From the NCBI RefSeq assembly GCF_009914755.1, contig NC_060928.1: a stretch of DNA of 64,000 bases. The stretch is one strand, 5' to 3'. This stretch comes from the human T2T-CHM13v2.0 reference genome, Homo sapiens. Numbering within the stretch: position 1 is the stretch's first letter; each line of letters starts with the position of its first letter. The translations under genes were made by a program, and so were the position numbers. The notes under the pieces were generated by a model that saw only the letters and a list, made by a program, of their open reading frames with translations, was not told the origin of the DNA and ran no database searches. This document shows, in pieces, positions 14,992 through 29,097 of the stretch.

Positions 14992-16134
14992 TTTTTAGCA
15001 GTATTTTCTATGACCAGATGAGATGCAATACTCCCAGGCTATCTCAGGCAGCTGTGTAGGCTCCTCTACAAACCAAAAATGGTTCACGCTGTATAGGAAT
15101 TTGCAGTTGGAGGGCATATTTCCCATTCATTATCTCATTTGTTTCTAACACGAGCCCAGAAAAGTTGGGGCTCCTTCAGCACAGTGCTTAGCGTTTAGTG
15201 GATACACAATGAGTAGTTGATAAATTAACAAATGCCCAATATTTTGAAATGATAAACACATTCTGATTATTAAAATGGCTTGCCCAGTGAAACATGGATG
15301 CTTAGGGACAGCTCGAGTGCCCTGGCCAGCTAATTGCCCATCTAGGGCATTCTCATACTGCCTCTTGGGCTGTGTCTGGTCCAGGATAGACCCATGACCA
15401 CAGGGGTCCACAGTGGCACTAATCGATGTCCTGGGCCCCAGGGTGGCAGCTCTGTAGGAGGAGAGGTACTGTGCACCTGAGCTTTGCCTGAGTCCTTTGC
15501 AGCCCCTCAAGTGGGGAGGTTGCTACAGCAATTTCATCTGAGACAGCTCTCTCCTGCTCTTTAAGGCAGGGGAACCCTGCTTTTGATTTATTTTGTATTT
15601 CACCACAGGGCTGAACACATCCTAGAGGCATTTAATCTGTTCACTTGAATTGATCTCAGATGCTGGGCTTGGCCTGATATGAACCTTCACACTGTAGGAC
15701 TCAGCAGGTCATAGGAACTCATTTCCGTTTAAATCCCAGGCCCCTGACAGCTCAACCAACTCTCTCTGGGGTCCATGGGTCTGGTCAAAAGATCATAGCT
15801 TTGACACTTGATGCAGTTAAAGCAAAGACATGCTCTTCCTCCCGAGTCTGTAGGTTGAAGACATAAGATGATCAAAGGGAATGATGTCGATCGCCTGCTC
15901 AAAAACTCTCCCTTACCTAAAGAATCAAGCATAAAATCAATAGCCCAGCATTCCTGCCCTCATTTACCTTTTCAAACTTATCTCTTATCACTCATTTACA
16001 TCTTCCATGTGCTCCAGCCAGCCTGAACCGTCTTGGTGACACCATACAGAAGATGCACACATTTCCTCTGCCAAGATGGCCTCTCCCTTCTCTCCTCCTG
16101 CCCACTGCCCATCTCCGTATAACCCAGTCCATCT

Positions 16135-16830
16135 GATTTATTCACTGTCTTGTTCAACAAATATTTATTGTATGTCTGTAAGTGTTAGACGGTGTGCTCA
16201 GTGCTTGGAATAAAGAGGTGAAAGAGACTCATGGTCACCTGTAGAGATTAATTTCTTTAGCAACAGCTTACGTGAAACAAATAACTTGATTACATAGTTA
16301 CCAAGTGTGACGTACTGTTAGGGGAGAAATTAATAGGATCTTTTGATAGAGAATAACAGGAGATTGGGACAAAAACAAATAGAAAGAATGAATAAGACCT
16401 ACTATTTGGCAACATAACATGATGACTATAGTCAATAACAAATTGTACATTTAAAAATAACTAAAAGAATGTCATTAGATTGGTTATAACATGAAGGATA
16501 TTAGATTGTCATTAGATTGGTTATAACATGATTGGTTATAACATGAAGGATAAGTGCTTGAGTGGATGGTACCCCATTCTCCATGTGATGTGATCATTAT
16601 GCATTATATGTCTGTATCAAAACATCTCATGTGCCCCATAAATATATACACCTACTATGTACCCACAAAAACTAAAAATTTTTTAATTAAAAAAAAGAAT
16701 AACAGGAGAATTTTACTTAGAAGGAGAGGTCATAGGAGACTCCTTGGGGAAGATGCCTTTCAGGCTGAGCACTAATGCCATGTGAGAGCTGGAAGAAGAG
16801 CATTTCAGAACCAGAACTCGGAGGTAGGAG
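16135..16830 (-). mobile_element. L2 3' region, interrupted by L1MA
   Basis: ttcaacaaatatttattg...gtgctcagtgcttgga; resumes after the L1 (gggaagatgcctttcaggctgag). Confidence 0.6.
16364..16695 (+). mobile_element. L1MA1/2-like 3' end, 5' truncated
   Basis: agaaagaatgaataagacctactattt...cacctactatgtacccacaaaa plus A tail; TSD agaataacaggaga at 16350-16363 and 16696-16709. Confidence 0.92.
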
Positions 16831-16913
16831 AAGTTTATCTGCGAGCCTATTCCTTGATGTTTCTTCTCACCACCAACCTACCCACACTGGCTCCCAGTTG
16901 GAAGTAACATTTA

Positions 16914-17251
<338 letters not shown>

Positions 17252-19164
17252 GACCTCCCACAGATGCTACATGTTCCCCTCTTGTGATATGTCTCACTCA
17301 CGCTCTGGCTCGGTTAAGCTCATTTATCTCACTTCCCTTGAGGATAGTATGCATGTCAAAGTCACTTTTGAGGTCCTGCCTTGATGATCCTTGCCTCCTT
17401 CTGCTCTGGACACCCGGCAGAGGCAGGCAGCTACCTTCCTGGGGCTAGGAGGTTCATGTGTCCCTAATCCACCGCTCTCACTTGCTGTAGCGCTAATTTC
17501 CTGCTCTCTTATTCAGACCTCTTGCCAGCTAGAGAAATGGCAGGACACTGGGCCATCTTGTAGGATTAAAAAGTGATCAACCATTTGCCACTCTGTGAAC
17601 ACAAAGACAAGTAGTTCTAGGGGTGGATGGACAGGAGCTATAAATCCATATGACTTAAGCTGGAATGCTGACTTGGAACCTGTGTTACACTTAAAATTAA
17701 AGATAAGTGCGTATATCATATAAATATGATTAATGATAGCAGAAAGTGTTAGAGGAAGGGAAACAATAATTATATACAAAAACTCATGTGCAGGATAATA
17801 CAGGGTTGGAGAAGCAAACTGAAGTCACTTGTAAATAAAAGAGTTAAAAATCGTAGCACAAAAATTGGTTTTATAAAAGAACAGTGTTCTGCAATTGCCT
17901 TGTGATATTGAATTGTACTTGAGTAAATTAGGAGTGGTGTTCTCCTGTTTAGCTGTCATTAAAGAACTCAGTGGTAAATGTCAGTGTCCCCACCAAGATC
18001 CCACTGAGTTACGTGAAATTCTCCAAAAACCCCTCCAACAGGAGAATTTATAAGCTCTGCATGCTCAACCGTCTTAATGTGTAAAACCGACTGAGAGATC
18101 TAAGACTAACTGTATGCAGCTCAATTCCAATTTGTTTGTTTTTAACAATGTCTTTGACATGTTATACATTATGTCACGTTCCAATTTGATGAAAATGTCT
18201 TCCCGTGTCCAGTAAGAAATACGTTTTAAGAAGCAGACCAACTACACTGTTATTTTCCTTGCTGTTTTCGATGGCAGGCACTTTGCCACATCTTCTCTCT
18301 TCAAAAGATCATTTATCAACAACAGAGTTAGCTCCTGGTAAAAGAGTCTAACTTAGACTGGTGTCCTTCTCATCTACCCACCTCTGAGAGCAAACTGAAG
18401 TGTTTTGCATTTTACACAGGATAAACCACCTTTAAAAAGACTGCAGCAACATTAGCTCCAAGAATGATATTGCAAAGTTTGCCACTATTCTTTTGAAGAA
18501 AGGAAATTATCTTGGCTGAAGCTAAATGCCGGCAGCTGCATGCCATGTTCTCTGAAAACAGCAAATGTCCTTTAGTTTAGTTTATCTGTGGTCTGCCTTG
18601 GTGTTATCCACTGTTAATTCTTAGTAGTACAGAACAATCCTTAGAGGAGCAAAGAAACATTTATTCAATGCAATCAGTGAACAGAGAATGGAGGGAGGTG
18701 GGTGGGGGATAACAGGAGCTGGGGAGGAAGAATAGGAATTCTTACAAAAGTTTGGAGTTAGGGGTCCTAGTGGGATTCCTCCCCCTTTTAACAACAAAGT
18801 GCAGAGTGAAAGAATATGTTCAGCTTACTTTGTCTTCCTGCTTCGTTTGATCTGAAAGAACAATCAGATACGGCTGATTTCTGAAGACTGTTCAGAATAG
18901 AGAGATCTCGAATGCCCCAGTGATAGCCATCGTTGTCAACAGGAGGCATTGCAGGCACTGACACCAGCACCTGAAAACGCTCAGATGCTCAACACTTCAT
19001 CTTTCATTTCAAAATCTACTGCTGGGAATTCTCTTTATACAATGCATTGGATGATAAGTATTTAGAGGGGGACTGGATCCTGGAGGAGAATAAAGCATGG
19101 ACCTCAGAGACTGGGATTGAACACCGGAGGAATCAGACATTTTAAAGTCAGAGAAATTTCTCAA

Positions 19165-19184
19165 AGAGAGAGAGAGAGAGAGAG
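19165..19184. repeat. (AG)n microsatellite
   Basis: Direct reading. Confidence 0.85.
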
Positions 19185-19246
19185 AAATTATAAACTGCTG
19201 CAGAAAGAAAGAAAATAAAGAAGTTATATCCACTTAGACCCAAATC

Positions 19247-19267
19247 TTTCTTTATCTTTTATCTTTT

Positions 19268-19298
<31 letters not shown>

Positions 19299-19574
19299 AA
19301 GAGACAAAGTCTCTTGCTCCATGGCCCAGGCAGTAGTGCAGTGGCATGATCGTGGCTCACTGCAGCCTTGAATTCTTGGGCTCAAGCGATCCTCCTGCCT
19401 GAGCCTCCCAAAGTAGCTGGGACTACAGGCACACCACCATGCCCAGCTAATTTTTGTAGAGGCGGGTTCTCACTATGTTGCCCAGGCTGGTCTCCAACTC
19501 CTGGCCTCAAGTGATCCCCCTGCCTTCGCCTCCCAAGATGCTGGAATTACAGGTGTGAGCTATAGCACTGGGCC
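19247..19574 (-). mobile_element. AluJ
   Basis: ctcactgcagccttgaattcttgggctcaagcgatcc; flanked by cccaaatc. Confidence 0.93.
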
Positions 19575-20818
19575 CCAAATCGTTCATTTCACCTCTGGCT
19601 GGTCATGTGGTTCTCTTCCTACCTACATGCCGACTGACCTCGTGAGGTAATCGCACAGTTTGGCATAAACTTCAACGTAATGAGAAGCGTCCTTCACCTC
19701 AAAGGAGTCCAAGACAAACTGGAAATCCCCATGGAGGATTTCTGCCAGAAAACTGAGCATCTTTGTAAACCAAATAAAGGCCTCAAGTGTTGAGGGATAG
19801 AGCAAATCAATAGCATTTTTAAAAATCAGTTTTTAAAAATATATATGTCATTGACCATGTTAAATATCTAAAAGAGCCATCTTATCTAAAGCAAAGAATT
19901 GGATGGCATATATAGTAAAGTCACGGAACATGCTATGAGGCTTCAGGTTTTGCTAATTCTTAATTAAATAAGAAAGTAGCATCTTTCAAAATAATTCCCA
20001 TATCTTTTTAGCCATAAAATAGGCAGGATATTTGGGGTGGGGGGGGGGCAATTTTTTATTTTTTTAGGCAAGAACACAATTCCACTGGAATACATTTGAT
20101 TTTATCTCCACATAGGGTGAGTTCTGGGGCTGTAGACAGTCGTATGGCTACCAATTAATTGCATAGGAGAATCAAGAGATACCATTTGCTTCCATCCTAG
20201 CTATGTCTCTGGTGGCATAAAGAGTACATTTTTTGAAATGTAAAATTTACAAAAGCGTTAAGAAGACACTAAGTTTTTAGGTGATATGTTGACTCCATTT
20301 TGCCCAGTTTAGCAACTTATTACATATATTTCATAAAATTTAGGTTTGGTGTTTAGATTCTTGACAGTGTTACAGTAAAACTCGCCCCAGAGATAGAAGA
20401 AAGCTCCTTTATCTAGAACATAAAGTTCACTAGCAAATGTGCTTTTGCAACTTTTTTTCTTTAAAGAAGAGAGAACTATAGTAAAAATAATAAGCAGATC
20501 CTACTTCTAACACCTTTATATATCTGTGATCCAACTCTTCAATTGAATAAAGAAATTAATAAATCTCTAGGAAAAAAGCTGATATTTTTATCGAATTTAT
20601 TTTTAGTGTTTCATTCCCTAAGAAATTATTTAAGGTTCTTAATCTGTAATTATTAAAATGTTCCTTTCCCTTTCTGAAGGGCAACATTTTAATCTCTGAA
20701 GACATAAAATATTAGTTAAGGTGCTCTGGAGTATAATAAAAGCAGATGATAGAAATTTGAAATCAGCTTTTACTGTTTTTGAAGGAGCTAAAACAAAGTT
20801 TTGAGGAATAAGTCATAG

Positions 20819-20821
<3 letters not shown>

Positions 20822-20861
<40 letters not shown>
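20822..20861. repeat. (TG)n microsatellite, about 20 units
   Basis: Direct reading. Confidence 0.97.
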
Positions 20862-20864
<3 letters not shown>

Positions 20865-21504
20865 TGGCAAGCTAGAGTTGACTAAGCAGAAAGAGATCAG
20901 AAATTGTATCCAGGATCAGATGCCCAGTGTTGGGGCAGAATTAAGGAGAGGCGGATGTGAAGACAGCAGCAGGTCATGCTGGGATATGCAGGTGGCATCT
21001 GCTACAGTGGCAAAGGACGAAAACTGAGAACACAGCTGGTTTTAGAAGCAAATACCTGCAACCTTCTTGCTACAGATACAACTTTAACCTTCAGTTTATG
21101 ATCTCCTTGATTTTCAAGAACAAGATACATGAGTATGCTACTACTATGCTGGTTTCCTTAAGCTTTGTCTCACCTTTATTAAAAAGAATATTGAAACTAT
21201 TATAGTTTTAAGAAGCACATCATCACCTAAAGGAAATCAGTGTCAAAATTTTTAATCAGTTTACCAAAATGCACTTTCAAAGTGCATCACAAATTCTTTT
21301 TGTGATTGTTTCTTTTAGATTTCAATAACATTTCTAAAACAAATATTTAGGTAATTTTACATAAAAAAAGGAACAAATGTTTTGGTGCTCTACTGGAAGG
21401 GAAGTTCCACTGAAAATATAGATACTGCATACAAATGCACCCATCCATCTTGAAGACAATATTCCCAATACAAGTACTGTGGTATTTCCTTAAGAATAGT
21501 CTGT

Positions 21505-21847
<343 letters not shown>

Positions 21848-21852
21848 TTATT

Positions 21853-22139
21853 AGGCTGAGACCTGTAATCCCAGCACTTTGGGAGGTCAAGGTGGGAGGA
21901 TTGTTTAAGCCCAGGAGTTTGAGACCTGAGCAACACAGGTAGACCCCATCTCTATCGAAAGTACAAAAATCAGCAGGGTGGTGGTACACATCTGTAGTCC
22001 CGGCTACTCAGGAAGCTGAGGTGGAAGGATCGCTTAAGTCCAGGAGTTTGAGGTTACAGTGAGCCATGACTGCACCACTGCCCTCCAGCCTGGGTAACAG
22101 AGTGAGACTCTGTATCTAAAAGTAAATAAATAAATAAAA
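21853..22139 (+). mobile_element. AluJ, second of a tandem pair
   Basis: cctgtaatcccagcactttggg...(TAAA) tail. Confidence 0.92.
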
Positions 22140-22150
22140 GTAGTCTATGG

Positions 22151-22496
22151 CAGCAGTCCCCAACCTTTTTGGCACCAGGGACCAATTTCATGGAAGACCA
22201 TTTCTCCATGGATGGCAGACGCTGGTGGATGGGGTATGGTTTCAGGTTGAAACTGTTCTATCTCAGATCATCAGGCATTAGATTCTCATAAGGAGCATGC
22301 AACCGAGATCCCTTCCATGCACAGTTCACAATAGGATTCACGCTTCTGTGAAAACCTAATGTGCCGCTGATCCGACAGGAGGCAGAGCTCAGGCAGTAAT
22401 ACTCACTGGCCCAACACTCACCTCCTGCTGTGTGGCCCAGTTGCTAACAAGTCACGGGCCCATACAAGTTCACAGCCCAGACATTGAAGACCCCCG
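22151..22496 (+). mobile_element. MER1B (hAT-Charlie)
   Basis: cagcagtccccaacctttttggcaccagggacc...; perfect 8-bp TSD gtctatgg at 22143-22150 and 22497-22504. Confidence 0.93.
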
Positions 22497-23556
22497 GTCT
22501 ATGGGTTACCTAGAACCATCACCTAAACAGATTTTCTATAGCAAATACCAATTTAAAAGTTCAACTTGTAATACACACACACACATACAGAAACATAAAC
22601 TGAGGATGAATTTTGAAATACCTTAAAACTAAGAATGCTAATTACATAATTGCGGGTATAAACCAAAATGAATGTTTCTGATGGCCACTTGTTATAGGAT
22701 TAAAGTCTGCAAACAATGATTTGAAATATTATAAAAACTAGGAAGCATATGTTCTCTAGGCAGGTATATGCATTCCCCAGCTATGTGGCACTCGTAATAT
22801 ATGATATTGAAACTTACTTGTTAGCTCTCTATTTGGGGGCCAAATATCTCAATATGTCACCTGTCTCAGAAAGTTCAGGATGTGGTTCAGATGGTGTCTG
22901 TCAGGTGAAATTCACCAGATGAGGTTGCACATACGTGATTCAGTTGTCATTTCTATGACATGCCTTTACTGGGGTTGTTCTGAGTTGCTGGTGGGAACTC
23001 TTTCAAGGAGAGCAGGGGGCCCGTTTGAGATGGTGTTGCTGTTGAATTTTGTCCTTTCACTTATCTCAGCCTCTTCTAGCGCTTTGCACAGATTTCAAAT
23101 TGCAACTGGCGAGGAAGTGGGCTCCCAGTGAAAAACAATGACCTACATAAGGTAGTCATTTCAGCAGAGTTCGCATGACTTTGGGTCAGATGGCACTCAC
23201 TCCATCTAGCTGCTTGCTTTTCTATCTTGTTGCACTTCTGCTGTCAGTCACTTAAAAATAAAAACTGCAAAGTTACTGAAAAGGCATCTAAGTTACTTTT
23301 TTTTCTGGCCTGTCACTTTAGACCGTGTGTGAATTTCATACATCAGTTTTGATTACCCTCAGTGCTGAACAAGAGGTTCTATTGTAATCCATGATGAGGG
23401 TCTTAATATTATCCCCTCCTCCGAAACTTTATAAAATGCTCCCCAACATACCCTCATATATATTTACGTGGTAATTGGCATGGGGTTATGCAAAATCAGT
23501 GGGAACTGCCTTACTTACAATTAAGCGTCACACAAAGTAAAAAATTAAAATTAAAG

Positions 23557-23860
23557 TGCTGGGCGTGGCTGCTCACGCCCGTAATCCCAGCACTTTGGGA
23601 GACCGAGATGGGAGGATCCCTTGGGCCAAGGAGTTGGAGGCCAGCCTGGGCATCACAGGGAGACACCATCTCTACAAAAAAAAAATTAAAAATTTGCCAG
23701 TGTTGGTGTCGTGCGCTTTGTAGTTCCAGATAGTTGGGAAGATGAAGCAGGAGGACCACCTGAGCCTGGGAGACTGCAGTGAGCCATCATTGCACCCCTG
23801 CACTCCAGCCTGGGTGACAGAGCTGGACCCTGTCTCAAACAAATTAAAAAATTAGAAAAT
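23557..23860 (+). mobile_element. AluJ
   Basis: Both arms, diverged. Confidence 0.9.
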
Positions 23861-25534
23861 TAAAAATTAAATATTTGCATTGTTGGAGCTTTTTACTTTT
23901 TTGACAATTTCTAACATAAGGAGGATGTCCTTATGTTAGATTGAGCTTAAGTGTCTGGTTATATTATATGTATTTCACAAAATGCAAGTTAGCCTGAGAG
24001 TCTAGCATAGATTAAGAGATGCAATCAAACACACGCTGGTAGTACTGGTGAAGCAGATTAAACAGGTAACCCCTGAAATGTGTACCCAAGAATATGTTTA
24101 GTTTTTAGAAATTGTCAACAAAGTGAAAAGCTCCAACTATGCAAAGAGGACAAGCCCTACCTTTGTAAACAAGACACCTTTACAATTGTGTATTTGTGTA
24201 TACAGGTTGAAGATTTGGCCAGTAGCATCCGTGTCAAAATAAAATAGTGAAATGTCCATATCTTCTCAATTTCAGCGATAAAATCCATCAATGCGTCTCC
24301 ACATTGATTCTTTGCTAATGACATTGGTTTAAAGATTATCTTGTTTATTTTTCACATGATGACTGAAATATCTATGCATGGTATTACTTTTATATGTAAA
24401 GTTATACCGTGTTGACAGATTTTGTAGTCTTTTATATGACAAGGCAGTATGAAACAAAACCTTTCCATGACTACCAAAGAAAGCAATGGGGTTAAATGAC
24501 AGAGCTTTCCTAACTATTTGTCTGTCATAGAGAACAGTAAATTGCAGCCTGTCTCAAGGTTGGTGTTTAGACACATTCTCAGATTAACGGTTTTGCATAG
24601 ACACTTTGGACTCCAAGTGGTTTTGAGATGAGCTCCATCAAGAATATCCTCTGGCCTAAACTAAGCAGAGGGTTTTGAGAAGTTTAGTATGAACTCTGTG
24701 AAAGGAAATTTGATTGTTAAACAGACTATATCGATATGGCTCTCCTTGTCTTTAAAAAATGAAGAAAGGTTTTTAGCTAAATCTATAGTAACTGGTCCCA
24801 TTAATGTCTTACTTTTACAACTCCAGAGCAGAGAGTTATGTTGTTTTCCACAGAATGTTTCAACAAGACTGTGCTTTTGTACTTAAAGAAGCAGATATCC
24901 AAAGAAACTTTTGATATGATAAATGAACAATCACAAAGAAAAAGTTAGTTAAGTAGTATGAGTCACATGAGAAAACAACTCAGCTAAGAATGTGCTGATT
25001 CATTCATTTTCAATAACATCAGTTTATTTTTAGTGCTGCACTGTAATCTGATAGGTGTTCCTACAGCTGGTGAATTTGAAACCTTAAAGGTGATGAACTG
25101 AATATTGAAATATGCAGAAGTCCCACAAAGGAAAAAGTGCATAGTAGTTTATGCTTGCATTTTTAGCAGTTATGCTGACTACTTCTGTAAATTAATTTGT
25201 CTATATGGACCTATCATGAAACTCAGGAGAATAAGAGGCTTAAAAGTAACAGATTTGCATACAGTAATTTCTTTTCCCTTTAGTCTCAATGTTGGTTCAC
25301 GTAAGCACTTGGATAAAAGTAAGTTTTAGCACTTAGTACTTTAAGCACTTTAGTCGCATGTCAAAATTAGGAATATTGTCCTAATGTTCAACCTGTTTAT
25401 TCAAGTGCTCCCAAAACATCGAAGTATTACATTTAGAAAAAGACCTTGGACATAAAATCCAATCTTATAAATAACCTTAACAAACAAATCTATATAACAA
25501 ATTTTTTCCCCTGGCAGGTAATCTATAAGAATTA

Positions 25535-25880
25535 TAGAACAAATAATTATTGAACAACTATTGTGAGCAAGATATTGTGCTAGACAGGGTCAGAGATACA
25601 AGAAGCGTTAGACATGGTTTCTGCCCTCCTTGGTGCTATCACTGAATTAGTAGTGTGAGGATTAGAACTATAAAAAGAAAAATGCCAGCCACAGACAGAA
25701 AACATGTGCTCTCCTATGTGAATTCAAATGAAGACTCTTCCAGGCCAGAGTATTAGGAATATTAGTCACAGAAAAGCAGGAGAAGAAAGTGAAGGAAGGC
25801 ATTCATGGAGTTGGCATTTGGGATAGAATGCAGGAACAGATGATATGGAGACAGGAAAGTAAAGGCAAAATCCAGACCAA
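25535..25880 (-). mobile_element. L2 fragment
   Basis: ttattgaacaactattgtgagcaagatattgtgctag...acatggtttctgccctc. Confidence 0.6.
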
Positions 25881-25894
25881 TACCTAAAAGCACG

Positions 25895-26060
25895 GGCTTG
25901 AAGACCAAACAGACCTGGGTTCAAATCCTTCCCCTGCCGTTTGCCAGTTATATGTTTTATTTGCCTTCTCTAGCCTCAGTCTCCTCAACCGTGTAATACC
26001 TTTCTTGTTGGGCATTGTAAAATTTAAATGAGATAATGCATGGAAAGTAATTTGTATTAC
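25895..26060 (+). mobile_element. MIR SINE
   Basis: cagacctgggttcaaatcc...gcctcagtctcctca...aaatgagataatgcat. Confidence 0.75.
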
Positions 26061-26176
26061 CGATTAAAAAAAAAAAAAGGTAAAAGAAGGATCCAATTTG
26101 ACTTCACATAGAGAAGTCATGGAAAATGAATCTAAAAAGTTGTGGATGACCCCTGAAAGCTAAACTAAGAAATTTG

Positions 26177-26471
26177 GGCTGGGCGCGGTGGCTCACGCCT
26201 GTAATCCCAGCACTTTGGGAGGCTGAGAAGGGCGGATCACGAGGTCAGGAGATCCAGATCATCCTGGCTAACATGGTGAAACCCCGTCTCTACTAAAAAT
26301 ACAAAAAATTAGCCGGGCGTGGTGGCGGGCGCCTGTAGTCCCAGCTACTCTACTCGGGAGGCTGAGGCAGGAGAATGGCGTGAACCCGGGAGGCGGAGCT
26401 TGCAGTGAGCCGAGATCGCACCACTGCTCCAGCCTGGGCAACAGAGCGAGACTTTGTCTCAAAAAAAAAAA
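26177..26471 (+). mobile_element. AluY
   Basis: CpG-rich, gaatggcgtgaacccgggaggcggagcttgc; TSD aagaaatttg; internal 5-bp duplication (ctactctactc). Confidence 0.96.
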
Positions 26472-26857
26472 GAAATTTGACTTCATTGAGTAACCAATGG
26501 GGACCCATTCAAAATGGTTAAATCAAGAAGAGATGTCATGAAAGCAGGGCTTAGAAAACCTAGTGAGTGTGCAGGGTGCAGTTGCTTGCCCCGGGGAGAG
26601 ACTGGGAAAAGGAAGCCACTGCGGCTGAGCAGACACGAAGTGAAGAGGGTCTGACATGGGCATAGAAACGAGGACACAACAGGAGTGTTCGGGAAAGAAA
26701 ATAGTGCTTTGTTCATTTGATTGTAGCTAACTCCCTACAAAATTCCTTCCACCCACACAAGGCTGTCTCTACATATTATTTGTGTAACAGTCACTGCAGA
26801 AAAACAAAAACAGAACTTTGATGGTGCTCTTTTGGATGACACCTGGTTGCAAATGAT

Positions 26858-27561
26858 TGTATTAGTCATTCTCACATTGCTATAAAGAAATACCTGAAAT
26901 AGAATAATTTCTTTCTTTTTTTTTTTTTTTCGAGACCAAGTCTTGCTCTGTTGCCCAGGCTGGAGTGCAGTGGTGCAATCTCAGCTCACCTCAACCACCA
27001 CCTCCAGAGTTCAAGCGATTCTCCTGCCTCAGCCTCCTGAGAAGCTGGGACTATAGGCATGTGGCACCATGCCTATCTAATTGTTGTATTTTTTGCAGAG
27101 ATGGGCTTTCACCATGTTGGCCAGGCTGGTCTCAAACTCCTGACCTCAAGTGATCTGCCCACCTCGGCCACCCACAGTGCTGGGATTACAGGCGTGAGCC
27201 ACCAAGCCCGGCAAAACCGGATAATTTATAAAGAAAAGAGGTTTAATTGGATCACCGTTGCACGTGTTGTGCAGGAAGCATGGCTGGGGAGGCCTGGGGA
27301 AACTCACAGTCACGGCAGAAGGCCAAGGGGGAGCACGCGCGTCACGTGGCTGGAGCAGGAGGAAGAGAGCAAAGATAAGGGAGGAGGTGCTACACACTTT
27401 TAAACAGCCAGATCTTGTGAGAACTCACTCATTATCGCGAGAACAGCAAGGGGGAAATCCGCCCCCGTAATCCAATCACCTCCCACCCGGCCCCTCCTCT
27501 AACATTAAGGATTACAATTCGACCTGAGATTTGGGCAGAGACACACATAGAAAGCACATCA
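26858..27561 (-). mobile_element. MSTA-like MaLR solo LTR, interrupted by an Alu
   Basis: tgtattagtc...gctataaagaaatacctga [Alu] ataaagaaaagaggtttaattgg...gatttgggcagagacac...catca. Confidence 0.9.
26911..27212 (-). mobile_element. AluSx-like nested in the MST LTR
   Basis: Full Alu; degraded TSD (aaatagaataattt / aaaccggataattt). Confidence 0.94.
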
Positions 27562-27805
27562 GTTATAAACGGGAACTTCCCTCCAGTTTCCTTCCATGGG
27601 TTTCTCCCTTCATCACACACATCCATGTTCCTCTGAAACGAAATACTGACAACAAGATTCTGTGGCTGACAGGAGGACCAAGCGGGACACATCTTAGCCT
27701 TTTTGTCTGAATCTTGTTACCAAACCATTTTTCTCACCAGCGAATTCCCTCATAAGGAAGGTGGGCTTCAGCGCTGCTAGCTAGGACTGTGATCCCAGCA
27801 ATATG

Positions 27806-28194
27806 CTTTTGGCTGTTGTTAACAGTGCAGCTGCAAACACTGGTGTGCAAGTATATGCCTGAGTACCTGTTTTCTGTTTCGGGGATATACACCTAGGAGT
27901 CTAATTGCTGGGTCATATAGTAACTCTACGTTTAACTTTTTGATGAACAGCTGAACGATTTTTCACAGCAACTAGTTTTACGTTCCCACCAGCAATGCAC
28001 AAGGGTTCCAATTTCTCTACGTCCACACCAACACTTTTTCCCCATTTCTAATATTCCAACCATCCCACTGAGTATAAGGTGATTCTCCTTTTGGTTTTCA
28101 TTTGCATTTTTCTAACACCTGATGACGTCAACCTTTTTTTTATGCGCTTGTTGACCATTTATACACCCTCTGGGAGAAATGTCTACTCAAGTCA
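27806..28194 (-). mobile_element. L1M (L1MB-like) ORF2 3' fragment
   Basis: cctaggagt...attgctgggtcata...ttcccaccagcaatgcacaagggttcc. Confidence 0.85.
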
Positions 28195-28504
28195 ACTCAA
28201 ATGTTTTCATGTGTGTAATGTACTTAGCATACTGCAAAGAAAATACTCAGTCTGTAAATACTAACTAGTGATAATGATGTCAATAACAACAACAACGATA
28301 AGGAGATTTGGACAATGGTCTGGGTTCCGCCACAGCCTCGATGTGTGGCTTTAATCAAGTCCATTAGGGAACGAATTTAAGAATGGAGGCTAAAAAAATT
28401 CTTGATTCTCTAAGGCTCTTTTAAATTTTATTTATTTATTTTTGCACAACTTAAAGTAAGAATTATGGTAAAAAAAAAAATATATATATATATATATAAG
28501 CTTG

Positions 28505-29097
<593 letters not shown>

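Noticed and set aside
21269-21287. 9-bp inverted repeat atgcacttt-c-aaagtgcat
   Set aside because: About one expected by chance in 64 kb
25300-25352. Three agcactt copies
   Set aside because: Too short and irregular to be an array
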